DNA of 64,000 nucleotides from an uncultured delta proteobacterium (GCA_963803975.1 CAWDOY010000047.1:32001-96000), one strand, 5' to 3'; shown: positions 11,726 through 21,084, counted from the stretch's first letter. The notes: a model not told the origin generated them from the letters alone. Numbers and translations: made by a program.

Positions 11726-12568
11726 TTATCCGGTTATGGGGAAGTGACCGCTGGCAAATAAAAACCCCGCTCCTACCAGAAAGCTGATAATGGAAAACAG
11801 AAATCCGATAATGGAAAGAATGGCGGTCAGGGTCCCGCTCCACTTCCAGGTAAACCTGCCGTGCAGCAGCACCGCATATACCAGCCAGGCAATAAGCGAC
11901 CAGGTCTGCACCTGATCCCACTGCCAGTAGCTGCCCCAGATGAGCTTGGAGCGGAACATGCCGGTCACAATCAGGATGCTGTACATGACAAACCCTATGG
12001 CAATCATCCGGTAGCTGATGTCGTCAAGGGTCTCCCGTGAGGGCAGAACAGTCTGTACAGCTTGCGTTCCCTCTCCGCCGCGTTTGAGCAGGTAGAGGAT
12101 GCTGGCAACAAATGACACGGCAAACGCCGCGTAACCGATGAAGCAGGATGACAGGTGGTAGTTGATATAGTTTCCCTGCAGAACCTCGGGCATGGCAACG
12201 ATCTGTTTAGACACGCGGGAACTCAGGGTTGCAAACACCATGATCAGGAACGCAACCGGCAGGATAAAAACGCCGAACGCTCTGGTCCGTATTTTAAATT
12301 CAATGGCAAGATAAAAGACCAGCAGCATCAGTGCAGAAAAGGTGAGGCATTCATAGGGGCCCCGGATCGGCAGATGGCCCATGCCCACCCGGTATGACTC
12401 TATCCACCGTGCTATAAAGGCCGCACCGTGGATGGTCAGGCCAACAATGGTCATGATGGTCGCTATTCTGCCAACCCGTTCAACCTTAAACAGAACATGC
12501 AGTAAATATAATACCGTGCAGAAAAGATACAGCAGCGGCACTATTGCATATAGATATGTATTGATCAT
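11726..12568 (-). CDS. ccsA: Cytochrome c biogenesis system II haem lyase subunit (ResC/CcsA-type), atypical WWD motif
   Basis: RWIESY..GHLP, YHLSS, WGSYWQWDQVQTWSLIAWLVYAVLLH, C-terminal His. Confidence 0.9.
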   Translation of the reverse strand: MINTYLYAIVPLLYLFCTVLYLLHVLFKVERVGRIATIMTIVGLTIHGAAFIARWIESYRVGMGHLPIRGPYECLTFSALMLLVFYLAIEFKIRTRAFGVFILPVAFLIMVFATLSSRVSKQIVAMPEVLQGNYINYHLSSCFIGYAAFAVSFVASILYLLKRGGEGTQAVQTVLPSRETLDDISYRMIAIGFVMYSILIVTGMFRSKLIWGSYWQWDQVQTWSLIAWLVYAVLLHGRFTWKWSGTLTAILSIIGFLFSIISFLVGAGFLFASGHFPITG

Positions 12569-12571
12569 CTT

Positions 12572-13855
12572 TTATTCCTTTTGCAGGCTGTTCTTGATTG
12601 CCATAATCAGCTCACTGACTTCCCGCACATTCTTTGTCGCCGCGCCCGCCAGCGTCACGCTGCAACCGCCTCCGATTATTTCAACTTTTACCCACACCCG
12701 CTGATGCGAACAGAAAAAACAGATGCTGAACCCGGCGACCATAAGTATAAAGCTGTACCAGATGAGATCTTTTCCCGGGTCATATATTGCCTTCAGCGTG
12801 GTTGACTCCTTCTGGGTAATCTCCATCAGGCTGAACCAGTACCCCTGCAGCGGCGCCTGGCGGAACTGCACCGGGCTCTGTGCCACCCCAAGCGTTTCCG
12901 GCAGAGTCAGAGTTTTCAGCTGCACGCCGTCCGGGCGCAGGCGTGTCACCCTGATGCGCACGCCCGCGGTACCTGCTGCGAAACTGTCCCCGAGTTTCAG
13001 CTCGTGCGTGCTCTGCTGGTTATCGGGAGCAATGATTTTTATTTTAGCATAGGGAATGGTCTTACTGAAGCGGTCCTGGTAAATATCGATTCCATTATAA
13101 TGCAGAGGCGTGGCAAAGTCCACCTCCTGTGTTGCAACGGTCGCCCCGTTTTTGATGATGGAAAGCGTGCTCTGATGTTTTTTAAGCTTTGATGATTCAC
13201 CGTAGGAAATGGTCTTAAGGTCGTTGCAGAGCAGGGAAAAATCAAGGGCCTTCTCCTGCCTTCCGGTATCTCTGACCACCAGGGGATCAAGGAGCTGGTT
13301 TTTGGTGACTTCAAATGAGTATTGGAAGCCGGTGGCGGAAAGCATCGTGCCCAGGGCGAGAAAGAGCAGACAGAGGTGCGCGAGATAAAACCCTGCGTGG
13401 CTGTACCGCCCTTTTTCTGTAAACAGGTGCAGGCGGTCGCCGTCTTCCCGTATGATCCCGGTCTTCTTGAAGTAACCGGCTACCATGGCGAGCAGGGTCT
13501 GCCGGGCTGCCTGGTAATCAGAGACTGCTACGGTTTCGCAGATGGGCAGTGAAGTCCTGAGAGTTTCGTCAAGCTCTTTTGAAGAACTTTTAAGCACCGC
13601 GATGGTGCGCGGCAGCCGCTTCAGGGTGCACCCGATAAGGTTTATGCAGAACAGGGCAAATAGAACAAAAAAGCCCCGGGAGTGATAAAAATCAAACTTT
13701 CCTGCAGCAGAAAGCCATTGCCACGAGGGGAAGTAGAACACGAGCTTATCCTGCGCTATCTGCAGGATAAAAATAAGGGTAGCGACAGATAATAAAATTA
13801 TAGTGAGATTTATCGAAGCCAGAAAAGAGGCAATAGCGCCGAAGATTTTTTTCAT
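12572..13855 (-). CDS. resB: Cytochrome c biogenesis protein ResB/CcsB
   Basis: FLASINLTIILL, YHSRGF...NLIGCTLKRLP, EKGRYSHAGFYLAH, DPG...SHQRVWV. Confidence 0.88.
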   Translation of the reverse strand: MKKIFGAIASFLASINLTIILLSVATLIFILQIAQDKLVFYFPSWQWLSAAGKFDFYHSRGFFVLFALFCINLIGCTLKRLPRTIAVLKSSSKELDETLRTSLPICETVAVSDYQAARQTLLAMVAGYFKKTGIIREDGDRLHLFTEKGRYSHAGFYLAHLCLLFLALGTMLSATGFQYSFEVTKNQLLDPLVVRDTGRQEKALDFSLLCNDLKTISYGESSKLKKHQSTLSIIKNGATVATQEVDFATPLHYNGIDIYQDRFSKTIPYAKIKIIAPDNQQSTHELKLGDSFAAGTAGVRIRVTRLRPDGVQLKTLTLPETLGVAQSPVQFRQAPLQGYWFSLMEITQKESTTLKAIYDPGKDLIWYSFILMVAGFSICFFCSHQRVWVKVEIIGGGCSVTLAGAATKNVREVSELIMAIKNSLQKE

Positions 13856-14064
13856 GCAGATATGTGCCCTCTTTTTTTAAAATGAAGTCAGTTTAATAAT
13901 GTTAAAATTTCCGGAAATAAGCAAGAAAAAAGGGCTGGCGACTGCTTGAACGCCTGTTTTGTTTTGTCATAAAGATAATTTATATAAACCGGCAAATGTG
14001 ATATGATGAAAACATTTAAAACAAACGTTTTTCAGTCGCGCAAAACTGTCCGTAAAACCGACCT

Positions 14065-14376
14065 ATGACTATACCGGCATTTCTTCAGCCTTTTTTCTGG
14101 GAATATACTCACCAAAACATTGATACCGCAAGACATGCTTCTACCATAATGGCGCGTATCATGGAACGGGGATCATGGGAAGCCATGGTATGGCTTAAAA
14201 AAACATACTCCCCGGAACAGATAAAAAATTTTCTCATACATAAAGGGACAGACAACCTTCCCCCTCGCGAGCTGAATTACTGGCTGCTTATATCTGAGGT
14301 GCCTTCTGCGGAGCGGAGAAAACTTGTTGAAAGTGCTAAAGCCAAACATGTGTTATGGAGGGGTCATGCATCTTGA
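14065..14376 (+). CDS. DUF6922-like putative antitoxin
   Basis: FFWEY...I.ARIMERGSWEAM.WL pattern; overlaps the downstream nucleotidyltransferase gene. Confidence 0.7.
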   Translation: MTIPAFLQPFFWEYTHQNIDTARHASTIMARIMERGSWEAMVWLKKTYSPEQIKNFLIHKGTDNLPPRELNYWLLISEVPSAERRKLVESAKAKHVLWRGHAS

Positions 14377-14989
14377 AGTATTAACCGATACCCAGCAAAA
14401 GGTTCTGTACCGCCTTGTCAGTGTGTTAAAAAACACTGATTTCTACCTTGCCGGGGGAACGGCTCTCGCGTTGCAGATAGGGCACCGGATGTCTCAGGAT
14501 TTCGATTGGTTTATCCCTCACCTCGGTGAAGTTGAATCGTTGCTCAGGATGTTCCAGGCTGCCGGCATTGAATGCATGGTTACTTCCACGGACAGAGAAA
14601 CCTGTTATGTATCAGTAGACAATGTTCAGGTAAGCTTTTTGGGCTATGACTATCCCCTGCTGCAAAAAAAAGTTTTATACGCTGATTACGGTATGTATCT
14701 GGCTGGTCTTGATGATATTGCCGCCATGAAACTTGCGGCAGTAGCGTCTCGTGGCTCTCGAAAGGATTTTGTCGATTTATATTTTCTCTTTAAACTCCAC
14801 CGGCCGCTTAAAGACTGTTTAAGTCTGTATAAAGAAAAGTATCGGATACGGGATATTGGGTATGTGATGAGAAGCCTTGTCTATTTTGAAAATGCCGAGG
14901 CAGAGCCCGAGATGCAGATGATTGCATCGTTGTCATGGGCTGCACTTAAATCCGATATGGAACAGTGGGTAAAAGAAATAGCGTTATAG
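14366..14989 (+). CDS. AbiEii/AbiGii-family nucleotidyltransferase toxin
   Basis: FYLAGGTALALQIGHRMSQDFDWF, IAAMKL.A...RG.RKDFVDLY; ATG at 14366 after GGAGGGG RBS. Confidence 0.88.
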   Translation: MHLEVLTDTQQKVLYRLVSVLKNTDFYLAGGTALALQIGHRMSQDFDWFIPHLGEVESLLRMFQAAGIECMVTSTDRETCYVSVDNVQVSFLGYDYPLLQKKVLYADYGMYLAGLDDIAAMKLAAVASRGSRKDFVDLYFLFKLHRPLKDCLSLYKEKYRIRDIGYVMRSLVYFENAEAEPEMQMIASLSWAALKSDMEQWVKEIAL

Positions 14990-15644
14990 CTGCCCGGTCT
15001 CATCGGGTTGAGGCGCTGCAGCTTCTTCTTCAGCCGGCCGTTTGGCAACCGCAACCATGGCAGCCCGCAGCAGCCGGTCGTGCAGGTTGTAGCCCTTCTG
15101 AAATTCAGCCATTACCGTGTTCTCCTCATGCTCGGCACTCTCCTGGTGCGTCATGGCCTCGTGCTTGTTTGGGTCGAACACCTGGCCTACTGAAGAAAAC
15201 TCCTTGACGCCGAACTTTTCAAGAGCCGTGACAAACTGCTTGAGGATCATTGCTATCCCTTCCTGCAGCGCCTTCTGGTCCGGAGAATTTTTTGCCTGCT
15301 CAAGGGCCCGCTCGAAATTATCTATGACCGGAAGCAGTTCACGGAACAGTTTTTCGTGGCCATAGCGGATGAGATCATCCTTATCTTTTGCCACGCGCTT
15401 CTTGTAATTATCAAAATCAGCCATGGTGCGCAGCAGCTGGTCATAGAGCTCCTGCCGCTCTTTTTCTTTCTGTTCAAGCTGGATGGAGAGTTCCTCTGCG
15501 GACGGGGAATCCCCTTTTCCATCTGCGGCGGCCGCGGCAACAGCTTCACAGCTCTTTTCATCTGCAGTGATTTCAACCTTATGAGAATGTTTAGTATCAT
15601 GCTCATCACCTTTATGGTGAGTGAGTTGCTTTCTTGTGCATCAT
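14984..15644 (-). CDS. grpE: Nucleotide exchange factor GrpE (one frameshift near 15620)
   Basis: LRTMADFDNYKKR, LLPVIDNFERAL, FDPNKHEAM, FQKGY.LHDRLLRAAMV.V; GGAGG RBS plus ATG at 15644 is out of frame with the body. Confidence 0.93.
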
Positions 15645-15657
15645 GCGTTTTCCTCCT

Positions 15658-16710
15658 TCACTTCCAGTCAAGCATTTTGCTTACCATCTGTGCGGTGTAA
15701 TCCACAATAGGGATAATTTTCTCGTAATCCATCCTGGTGGGCCCGATCACTCCCAGAGCGCCCAGGGTATGGTTTTCCTTTGAGTAGGTTGAGGTAATCA
15801 GGCTGCAGCTCTCCATGTCCTGCAGCTCATTTTCAGAGCCGATGAAGATCTGCACCCCCTGCGCTGCCATTGCTTTATTCAACAGTTTTAACAGCCGCTC
15901 CTTCTCTTCAATTGCCTGAATGATGCGCTTCATTTTCTTCACTTCGGCAAACTCCGGATACTCAAGAAGGTTCAGCGTGCCGTCAACGTAGATTTCAGTC
16001 GCTTCATCAGTCTCAAGGGCTTTCTTGCTTAATGCCAGAGCTTTTGCACACAGCAGGTCATAGCTGTTCTTTTCCTTCTGCATCTCCTCGATAAGTTTCT
16101 TCCGTGCCTCCTGCAGGGTGAGACCTTTCAAAAGCTCATTTAAATAGCGGGCATACGTATCAAGGTCTGCCTGCGCTATATCTTCTTCCACCTCGACGAT
16201 CTTATTCTGCACGACGCCGTTCTCAGAGACAAAAATGACCAGTATCCGATTCCTGCTGACATTGATAAACTCAATAAGCTTGAAGACGGTATAAATGAAT
16301 TTCGGAATTACCACCACGCTGATATTTTTTGAAATGGTAGAAAGTATCTGCGAAGTCTCTTTCAGTAAATCGGTAAGCTCGCCCTCGGTGTAGGTATAGT
16401 GCTGCCGGATCCGCTCCTTCTCGGCCCGGGAGAGGTTGCGCACCTCCAGGATACTGTCCACATAAAATCGCAGCGCCTTTTCCGTGGGCACCCTGCCGGC
16501 AGAAACATGCGGCTGCAGCAGATAGCCCATCTCTTCAAGCTCACCCATCACGTTTCTCAGCGTCGCCGGGCTCAAGTCTATGCCGCCCTTGCGTGCCAGC
16601 GTCTGAGAGCCCACCGGGAATCCGGTATGGATGTACTCATCAATCAGGTCGTGCAGAATCTTCCTGGTGCGGTCGCCGATTTCTGGATGCTGGTCAGCTT
16701 TTCGTTTCAT
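15658..16710 (-). CDS. hrcA: Heat-inducible transcription repressor HrcA
   Basis: YIHTG.PVGS, SPATLRNVM.ELEEMGYL.QPH.SAGRVPT, GVIGPTRMDY. Confidence 0.96.
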   Translation of the reverse strand: MKRKADQHPEIGDRTRKILHDLIDEYIHTGFPVGSQTLARKGGIDLSPATLRNVMGELEEMGYLLQPHVSAGRVPTEKALRFYVDSILEVRNLSRAEKERIRQHYTYTEGELTDLLKETSQILSTISKNISVVVIPKFIYTVFKLIEFINVSRNRILVIFVSENGVVQNKIVEVEEDIAQADLDTYARYLNELLKGLTLQEARKKLIEEMQKEKNSYDLLCAKALALSKKALETDEATEIYVDGTLNLLEYPEFAEVKKMKRIIQAIEEKERLLKLLNKAMAAQGVQIFIGSENELQDMESCSLITSTYSKENHTLGALGVIGPTRMDYEKIIPIVDYTAQMVSKMLDWK

Positions 16711-16802
16711 AGTTATTAAGGTAAAAAGGCAAATAGGTTAACAGGTTAAGAGGTCTTTACTCATTTTTATCTTTTCGCCTTTTGACCTCTTCACCTTTTT
16801 TC

Positions 16803-16832
16803 ATTGTAAACAATCACTGCTTCATGTGTCAA
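16803..16832 (-). promoter_or_regulatory. sigma70-type promoter of hrcA
   Basis: TTGACA-N18-TACAAT; no CIRCE (TTAGCACTC-N9-GAGTGCTAA) seen nearby. Confidence 0.5.
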
Positions 16833-16836
16833 GATG

Positions 16837-17883
16837 CTATCGGGCAGCTTTTTTCTTGACCTTTCTTGTGCCGCTGGTTCCCTGCGCGTCATCCAGCATC
16901 ACTGATGGATAGTAGCACATGTGCATGCGGCAGGAGCGGTTATATGTCTCTGTATATAAGCTGCGCGCTTTCTCCCGAAACTTTTTTTTCGTCGGCTGTT
17001 CTTTTATCAGACTGTCCCGCAGGGTGTTAAGAAACGAGATATCTTTCAGCTTCCGCTCCAGGGGATTGCCCCGGCCAACAATTTTTACGCTGGTGATGCC
17101 CATGCGCTCGAACTCATACAGGGCGCACGCGCCGCAGGGATGATCGTCAACGTGGACCGTCTCCCAGATTTTCTGCCGCTGCACGACCGGGGATGTCTGG
17201 CTGACAAGGTGACTGTTGCCGTCAGCATCTATCTCCATTGCCTCAACCTGGAAGGGAAGCATGCAGGCGTTTCTGAACATGGGAAAAACTTCTTTTCGTG
17301 CCAGCCCATGATGAAAGGTGCAGAACCCGTCCACATTGATACAGCGGGAATTAAGGATAAAGAGCGTTGTTTCAATGGGCGGCATGAAGGAGACAATATC
17401 CTCTATCTCCTGAATGGTCAGGTGCCGGGGGAACGTGATCCGCTCTGCGCCGAGCCCTTTATAAAAGGCCGCCGACCGCCAGTTAAAGACCGTTCCGCCA
17501 GTGCTCACATGAATGGGCACCCGGTAGTTTTTTTCCTTGAGATACGCCATGAGCCCGTAATCAGTCACAATGAGAGCATCAGCGCCGGCATCAAGTGCTG
17601 CGTCTATATATTTCACGACCAGCGGCATCTGCTCCTGCGTGTAATAATGCTCATTGACCGTGAAAAAAAGCTTCCTGCCCAGGCCGTGGCTTATGGAGAC
17701 AGCGGTCTTTAAATCCGCGAACCGCCGGAAGTGGCCTTTGCCGGCAGGCCTGCGGTTGATGGAAATGACCGGGTACTTCTCATACCACTCTTCTTCCAGC
17801 AGGCCGCAGTAAAATTCATCAGCTCCTGCTTGAGAGAGCTGTTCCACTTCTTCAATATTGTCTAAGGGGGATAAAATTTTCAT
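16837..17883 (-). CDS. Peptidase U32-family Fe-S protein (UbiU/TrhP-like subunit)
   Basis: ILSP...AGADEFYCG, GADALIVTD.G, IHVST, RITFPRHL, Cx6Cx18C...CGAC, SVKIVGR. Confidence 0.85.
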   Translation of the reverse strand: MKILSPLDNIEEVEQLSQAGADEFYCGLLEEEWYEKYPVISINRRPAGKGHFRRFADLKTAVSISHGLGRKLFFTVNEHYYTQEQMPLVVKYIDAALDAGADALIVTDYGLMAYLKEKNYRVPIHVSTGGTVFNWRSAAFYKGLGAERITFPRHLTIQEIEDIVSFMPPIETTLFILNSRCINVDGFCTFHHGLARKEVFPMFRNACMLPFQVEAMEIDADGNSHLVSQTSPVVQRQKIWETVHVDDHPCGACALYEFERMGITSVKIVGRGNPLERKLKDISFLNTLRDSLIKEQPTKKKFREKARSLYTETYNRSCRMHMCYYPSVMLDDAQGTSGTRKVKKKAAR

Positions 17884-17893
17884 TTCCAAGCAC

Positions 17894-18253
17894 TCAGCCG
17901 TCAGCCTTCAGCTTTTTAATAAAGGCCGTCAGCATGCGTTTCACTTCAACTACCTCATGAGCACTGCCTTCATAATCGACGGCATTCAATAATTTGAGAT
18001 CACGAGCCAGCAATAAATGATACTCCAGCTCACTTGCTGACCCCATTGCAATGTGGAGAAACCGTGCAAATTCTGCCTCACCATTTCTGCCGCAGCCTTC
18101 TGCAATATTAGCTGCGATTGAACTGCATGAACGCCGAATCTGACTTGTCAGACCATATATTTCTTCTCTGGGGAACGTTGCTGTTGTTTTATAGACAGCT
18201 AATGTCAGCTGATGACTTTTTTGCCAAACCTTTAATTCCTTAAAATCTCTCAT
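17894..18253 (-). CDS. Four-helix-bundle protein (23S rRNA IVP/Avd-like family)
   Basis: F.ELKVWQKSH...FP.EE.YGLTSQIRRS..SI.ANIAEGCGR....F.RFL.IA.GSASELEY. Confidence 0.93.
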   Translation of the reverse strand: MRDFKELKVWQKSHQLTLAVYKTTATFPREEIYGLTSQIRRSCSSIAANIAEGCGRNGEAEFARFLHIAMGSASELEYHLLLARDLKLLNAVDYEGSAHEVVEVKRMLTAFIKKLKADG

Positions 18254-18291
18254 ATAGCTTATTGTGCTGATAGCTGAATGCTGAAAGCTTT

Positions 18292-19096
18292 TTACAACGG
18301 TATCTCCGGCTGTACCACGATCCGGTCTATCTGCCGACTGGTAACAACTTCAGGTATGGCGTCATTCATAAAAAAGATACTGTTGCCTTTCCGCACCAGC
18401 GGCAGCGTCATGACCGGATTGAAAAGAGTAAAGGTGTATTTCCGGCACTCTTTGCTGCAGGGAAAAACACCCACATATTCTTTCTGCTGACTCGTCTTCG
18501 CAGTTGGCAGTCAGGCAGAACCGGCTGGTCGATATGCAGGCAAAGGGCAGGTAGAGCGATTTATGGATATCAGCGCCGGTATCATCCAGGTTTATGCCCT
18601 GCAGCAGGTTATCAAGCTCAATCCTGAAGATATTATTTCCCGTTAAAAAACTTCTGATCTCAGGCACTGTGAGGCTCGTGGTCCGGCAGTACCTGCTGGT
18701 CTCCGCGGGCACCTGGTCAATGATGTTCATGATGCGCGGGCCCCGCTTCAGTTTCGTGAGCAGCCTTCCCAGCACCGGAGTGACCGGGAGCCGCGCCTCT
18801 TGTAAAAAATGGAACACACCCCAGTCATTGAACACGACCTCAGCCTGCGGGACTTCCCGCGCAACCGCCGGCAGTAGCGCCTCAAGCTGTTTCAGCCCCT
18901 TGTTGGTTACATAGGGCGTAACAAAGGTGAAGTCCATGTTCCCTTTTTTAACAACAGAGAGAACTTTCTTCAGCTGCTGCATTGTGGGCAGCAGCCGCTC
19001 ACAGAACTCAATGCCGAAATAAAGGCGCGTAAAATTATCGTCGCAGTATTTCAGCTGTTCAACTTTAGATATAAAAACTGCCTGTTCCATAGACAT
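18292..19096 (-). CDS. U32-family partner subunit (UbiV-like); one frameshift near 18480
   Basis: RLYFGIEFCERLLP, EVVFNDWG, LGRLL.K.KR, SRFC...CSKEC...RKGNSIF, RIVVQP (tail in the 18292-18474 frame). Confidence 0.75.
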
Positions 19097-19155
19097 TTAT
19101 CAAAGGATTCAAGGGTCCGAGGGTCCCAGGGGTCGAGGGACCATAATAAAATTTT

Positions 19156-20058
19156 TTATCTCTGTGCCTTTGTGCCTTCTGCCTCTGTGCCTTTCTGCTT
19201 CGACACAAATTTCAGCGCTTCTTCCGCGTGAAACGAGCTTCTGACAAACGGGCTTGAGGCAACGTAGCGAAAACCCTTCTCTTCGCCAAGCTGCCGGTAT
19301 TCTTCAAACACTTCAGGCCGGATAAACTCCCTGACCTCAATCTGCGCCGGGCTTGGCCGTAAATACTGGCCGATGGTCAGAAAATCACAGTTGACCTCGC
19401 GCAGATCCTGCATCACCTGCAGTATCTCCTCCCGCGTCTCGCCAAGCCCCACCATGATGCCTGATTTGGTGAATCGCCCAGGGCCAAGCTCCTTTGCATA
19501 TTTGAGGATCGTGAGTGAGCGCTTATAATCTGCCTGCTGGCGGCAGGTTGCATAGAGCCGCGGCACGGTCTCAAGGTTGTGGGCAAGGATATCGGGACGC
19601 GCTTCCATGACCACCGCAAGGCTATCGCGCGAACCCTGGAAGTCCGGAATTAAAACATCGGTTGAAGCCTCCGGCAGCAGCCGGTTTATCTGCCGCACGG
19701 TCTCGGCAAACTGAAATGCTCCGCCGTCAGGCAGGTCATCGCGTGTTACCGAGGTGATAACCACATGCCTGAGCCCTAAGTCTTGCGCTGCCTGGGCTAC
19801 ATGCAGCGGCTCAATCGAATCTGGAGGCAGTGGCTTGCCGCCATCAACGCCGCAGAACGAGCAGTTGCGCGTGCAGATAGTGCCGAGAATCATAAACGTC
19901 GCGGTCCCGGCCGTGAAGCAGGTCCCCATGTTCGGGCACACGGCGCTCTCGCACACGGTGTGCAGATGATATTGATCAAGCAGACCCTTCATCCGGTTGA
20001 GTATTGATTCATCAACACCTTTTACCCGTATCCACTCGGGCTTTTTTGTTATGACCAC
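19156..20058 (-). CDS. lipA: Lipoyl synthase
   Basis: CESAVCPNMGTC (Cx4Cx5C), CTRNCSFC, VVITSVTRDDLPDGGA, RSSFHA. Confidence 0.97.
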   Translation of the reverse strand: MVITKKPEWIRVKGVDESILNRMKGLLDQYHLHTVCESAVCPNMGTCFTAGTATFMILGTICTRNCSFCGVDGGKPLPPDSIEPLHVAQAAQDLGLRHVVITSVTRDDLPDGGAFQFAETVRQINRLLPEASTDVLIPDFQGSRDSLAVVMEARPDILAHNLETVPRLYATCRQQADYKRSLTILKYAKELGPGRFTKSGIMVGLGETREEILQVMQDLREVNCDFLTIGQYLRPSPAQIEVREFIRPEVFEEYRQLGEEKGFRYVASSPFVRSSFHAEEALKFVSKQKGTEAEGTKAQR

Positions 20059-20182
20059 AACTCAAGCCTCCATAGAGTTGCGGAGTTGCGGGAGTTTAGA
20101 AGTTATGATGTTAAATAAATTTCAACTCCTCAACTCCTCAACTCCGTAACTCTCAATCTAACTCCTTAACTGTATATATACT

Positions 20183-20884
20183 TTATGCTCTCAACTTTGC
20201 GACAAAACGTTCAACATCACTAATTTTGTGCGGCGCACGGTCAAATATCTCTGCATAATGAGCAATAAGCCGGCTGTTGAGCTCAATGCGGTCTACCGTC
20301 CCCCCCAGCAATGCAACCATTGAAGTTACACCCTTATCAGTTATACCACAGGGAACTATCATCGTGAAATGACTCATGTTCGGATTCACATTCAGGGCAA
20401 AGCCATGCATGGTAATCCAGCCGTTTTTAACCGCTATCCCGATGGCGGCAATTTTTTTATTGCCGGTCCATACGCCCGGATGCTTTGGATCTCTGCCTGC
20501 CTCTATGCCATAGTCCCCGAGCGTGTCAATCAGCAACTGCTCCACATTGCGAATGTAGCGATGCAGGTCTCGCCCCTGCTCTTTAAGATCCATGATGCTG
20601 TAGCCAACCACCTGGCCCGGCCCGTGGTAGGTCACATCCCCGCCACGGTCAGTGCGGCACACTTCAATTCCTTCCTGAGCAAGTATTTCAGTGGGAACAA
20701 GTATGTTGTTACGGGTTTCTGTGCGGGGGGCAGTAAAGACGGGATCGTGTTCCAGCAGAATGAGGGTGTCTTCTATTTCATTTTTTAAGCGGGCACTAAC
20801 CAGTTTCCGCTGGAGTTCGAACGCATCGTTGTAGCTGATTCTCTCGACTTCCAGAACAAGACATTTTTTCTTTTCTCCAGTCAT
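20183..20884 (-). CDS. lipB: Octanoyltransferase LipB
   Basis: LLEHDPVFT, RGGDVTYHGPGQ, KIAAIG, HGFALN, IVPCG. Confidence 0.95.
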   Translation of the reverse strand: MTGEKKKCLVLEVERISYNDAFELQRKLVSARLKNEIEDTLILLEHDPVFTAPRTETRNNILVPTEILAQEGIEVCRTDRGGDVTYHGPGQVVGYSIMDLKEQGRDLHRYIRNVEQLLIDTLGDYGIEAGRDPKHPGVWTGNKKIAAIGIAVKNGWITMHGFALNVNPNMSHFTMIVPCGITDKGVTSMVALLGGTVDRIELNSRLIAHYAEIFDRAPHKISDVERFVAKLRA

Positions 20885-21084
20885 CGGCAAACAGATTCCG
20901 GTTCCTTTCTGCAAAATTGTATTTTTTTATATGTATCACAAAATTGTCTGTTTTAACAGGAGAAAGTATCCATATTGCAAGGGGAGGAAGAAGCAACCGT
21001 AAACAATTTTTCCCAGGCAATGGTTGCAGAGCAGTCTGCTGTACTCCATACCATGGGCAAAAGAGCCGGCAGACCGGGGAACTC

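Noticed and set aside
16711..16836. CIRCE operator upstream of hrcA
   Set aside because: No TTAGCACTC-N9-GAGTGCTAA match seen
17894..18253. Diversity-generating retroelement (Avd-like gene)
   Set aside because: No reverse transcriptase in the window; the only long repeat pair (25023/31611) has an identical core without adenine-specific variation
20074..20172. Repeat arrays as CRISPR
   Set aside because: Units are 7-9 nt, degenerate, with no unique 30-40-nt spacers and no cas genes
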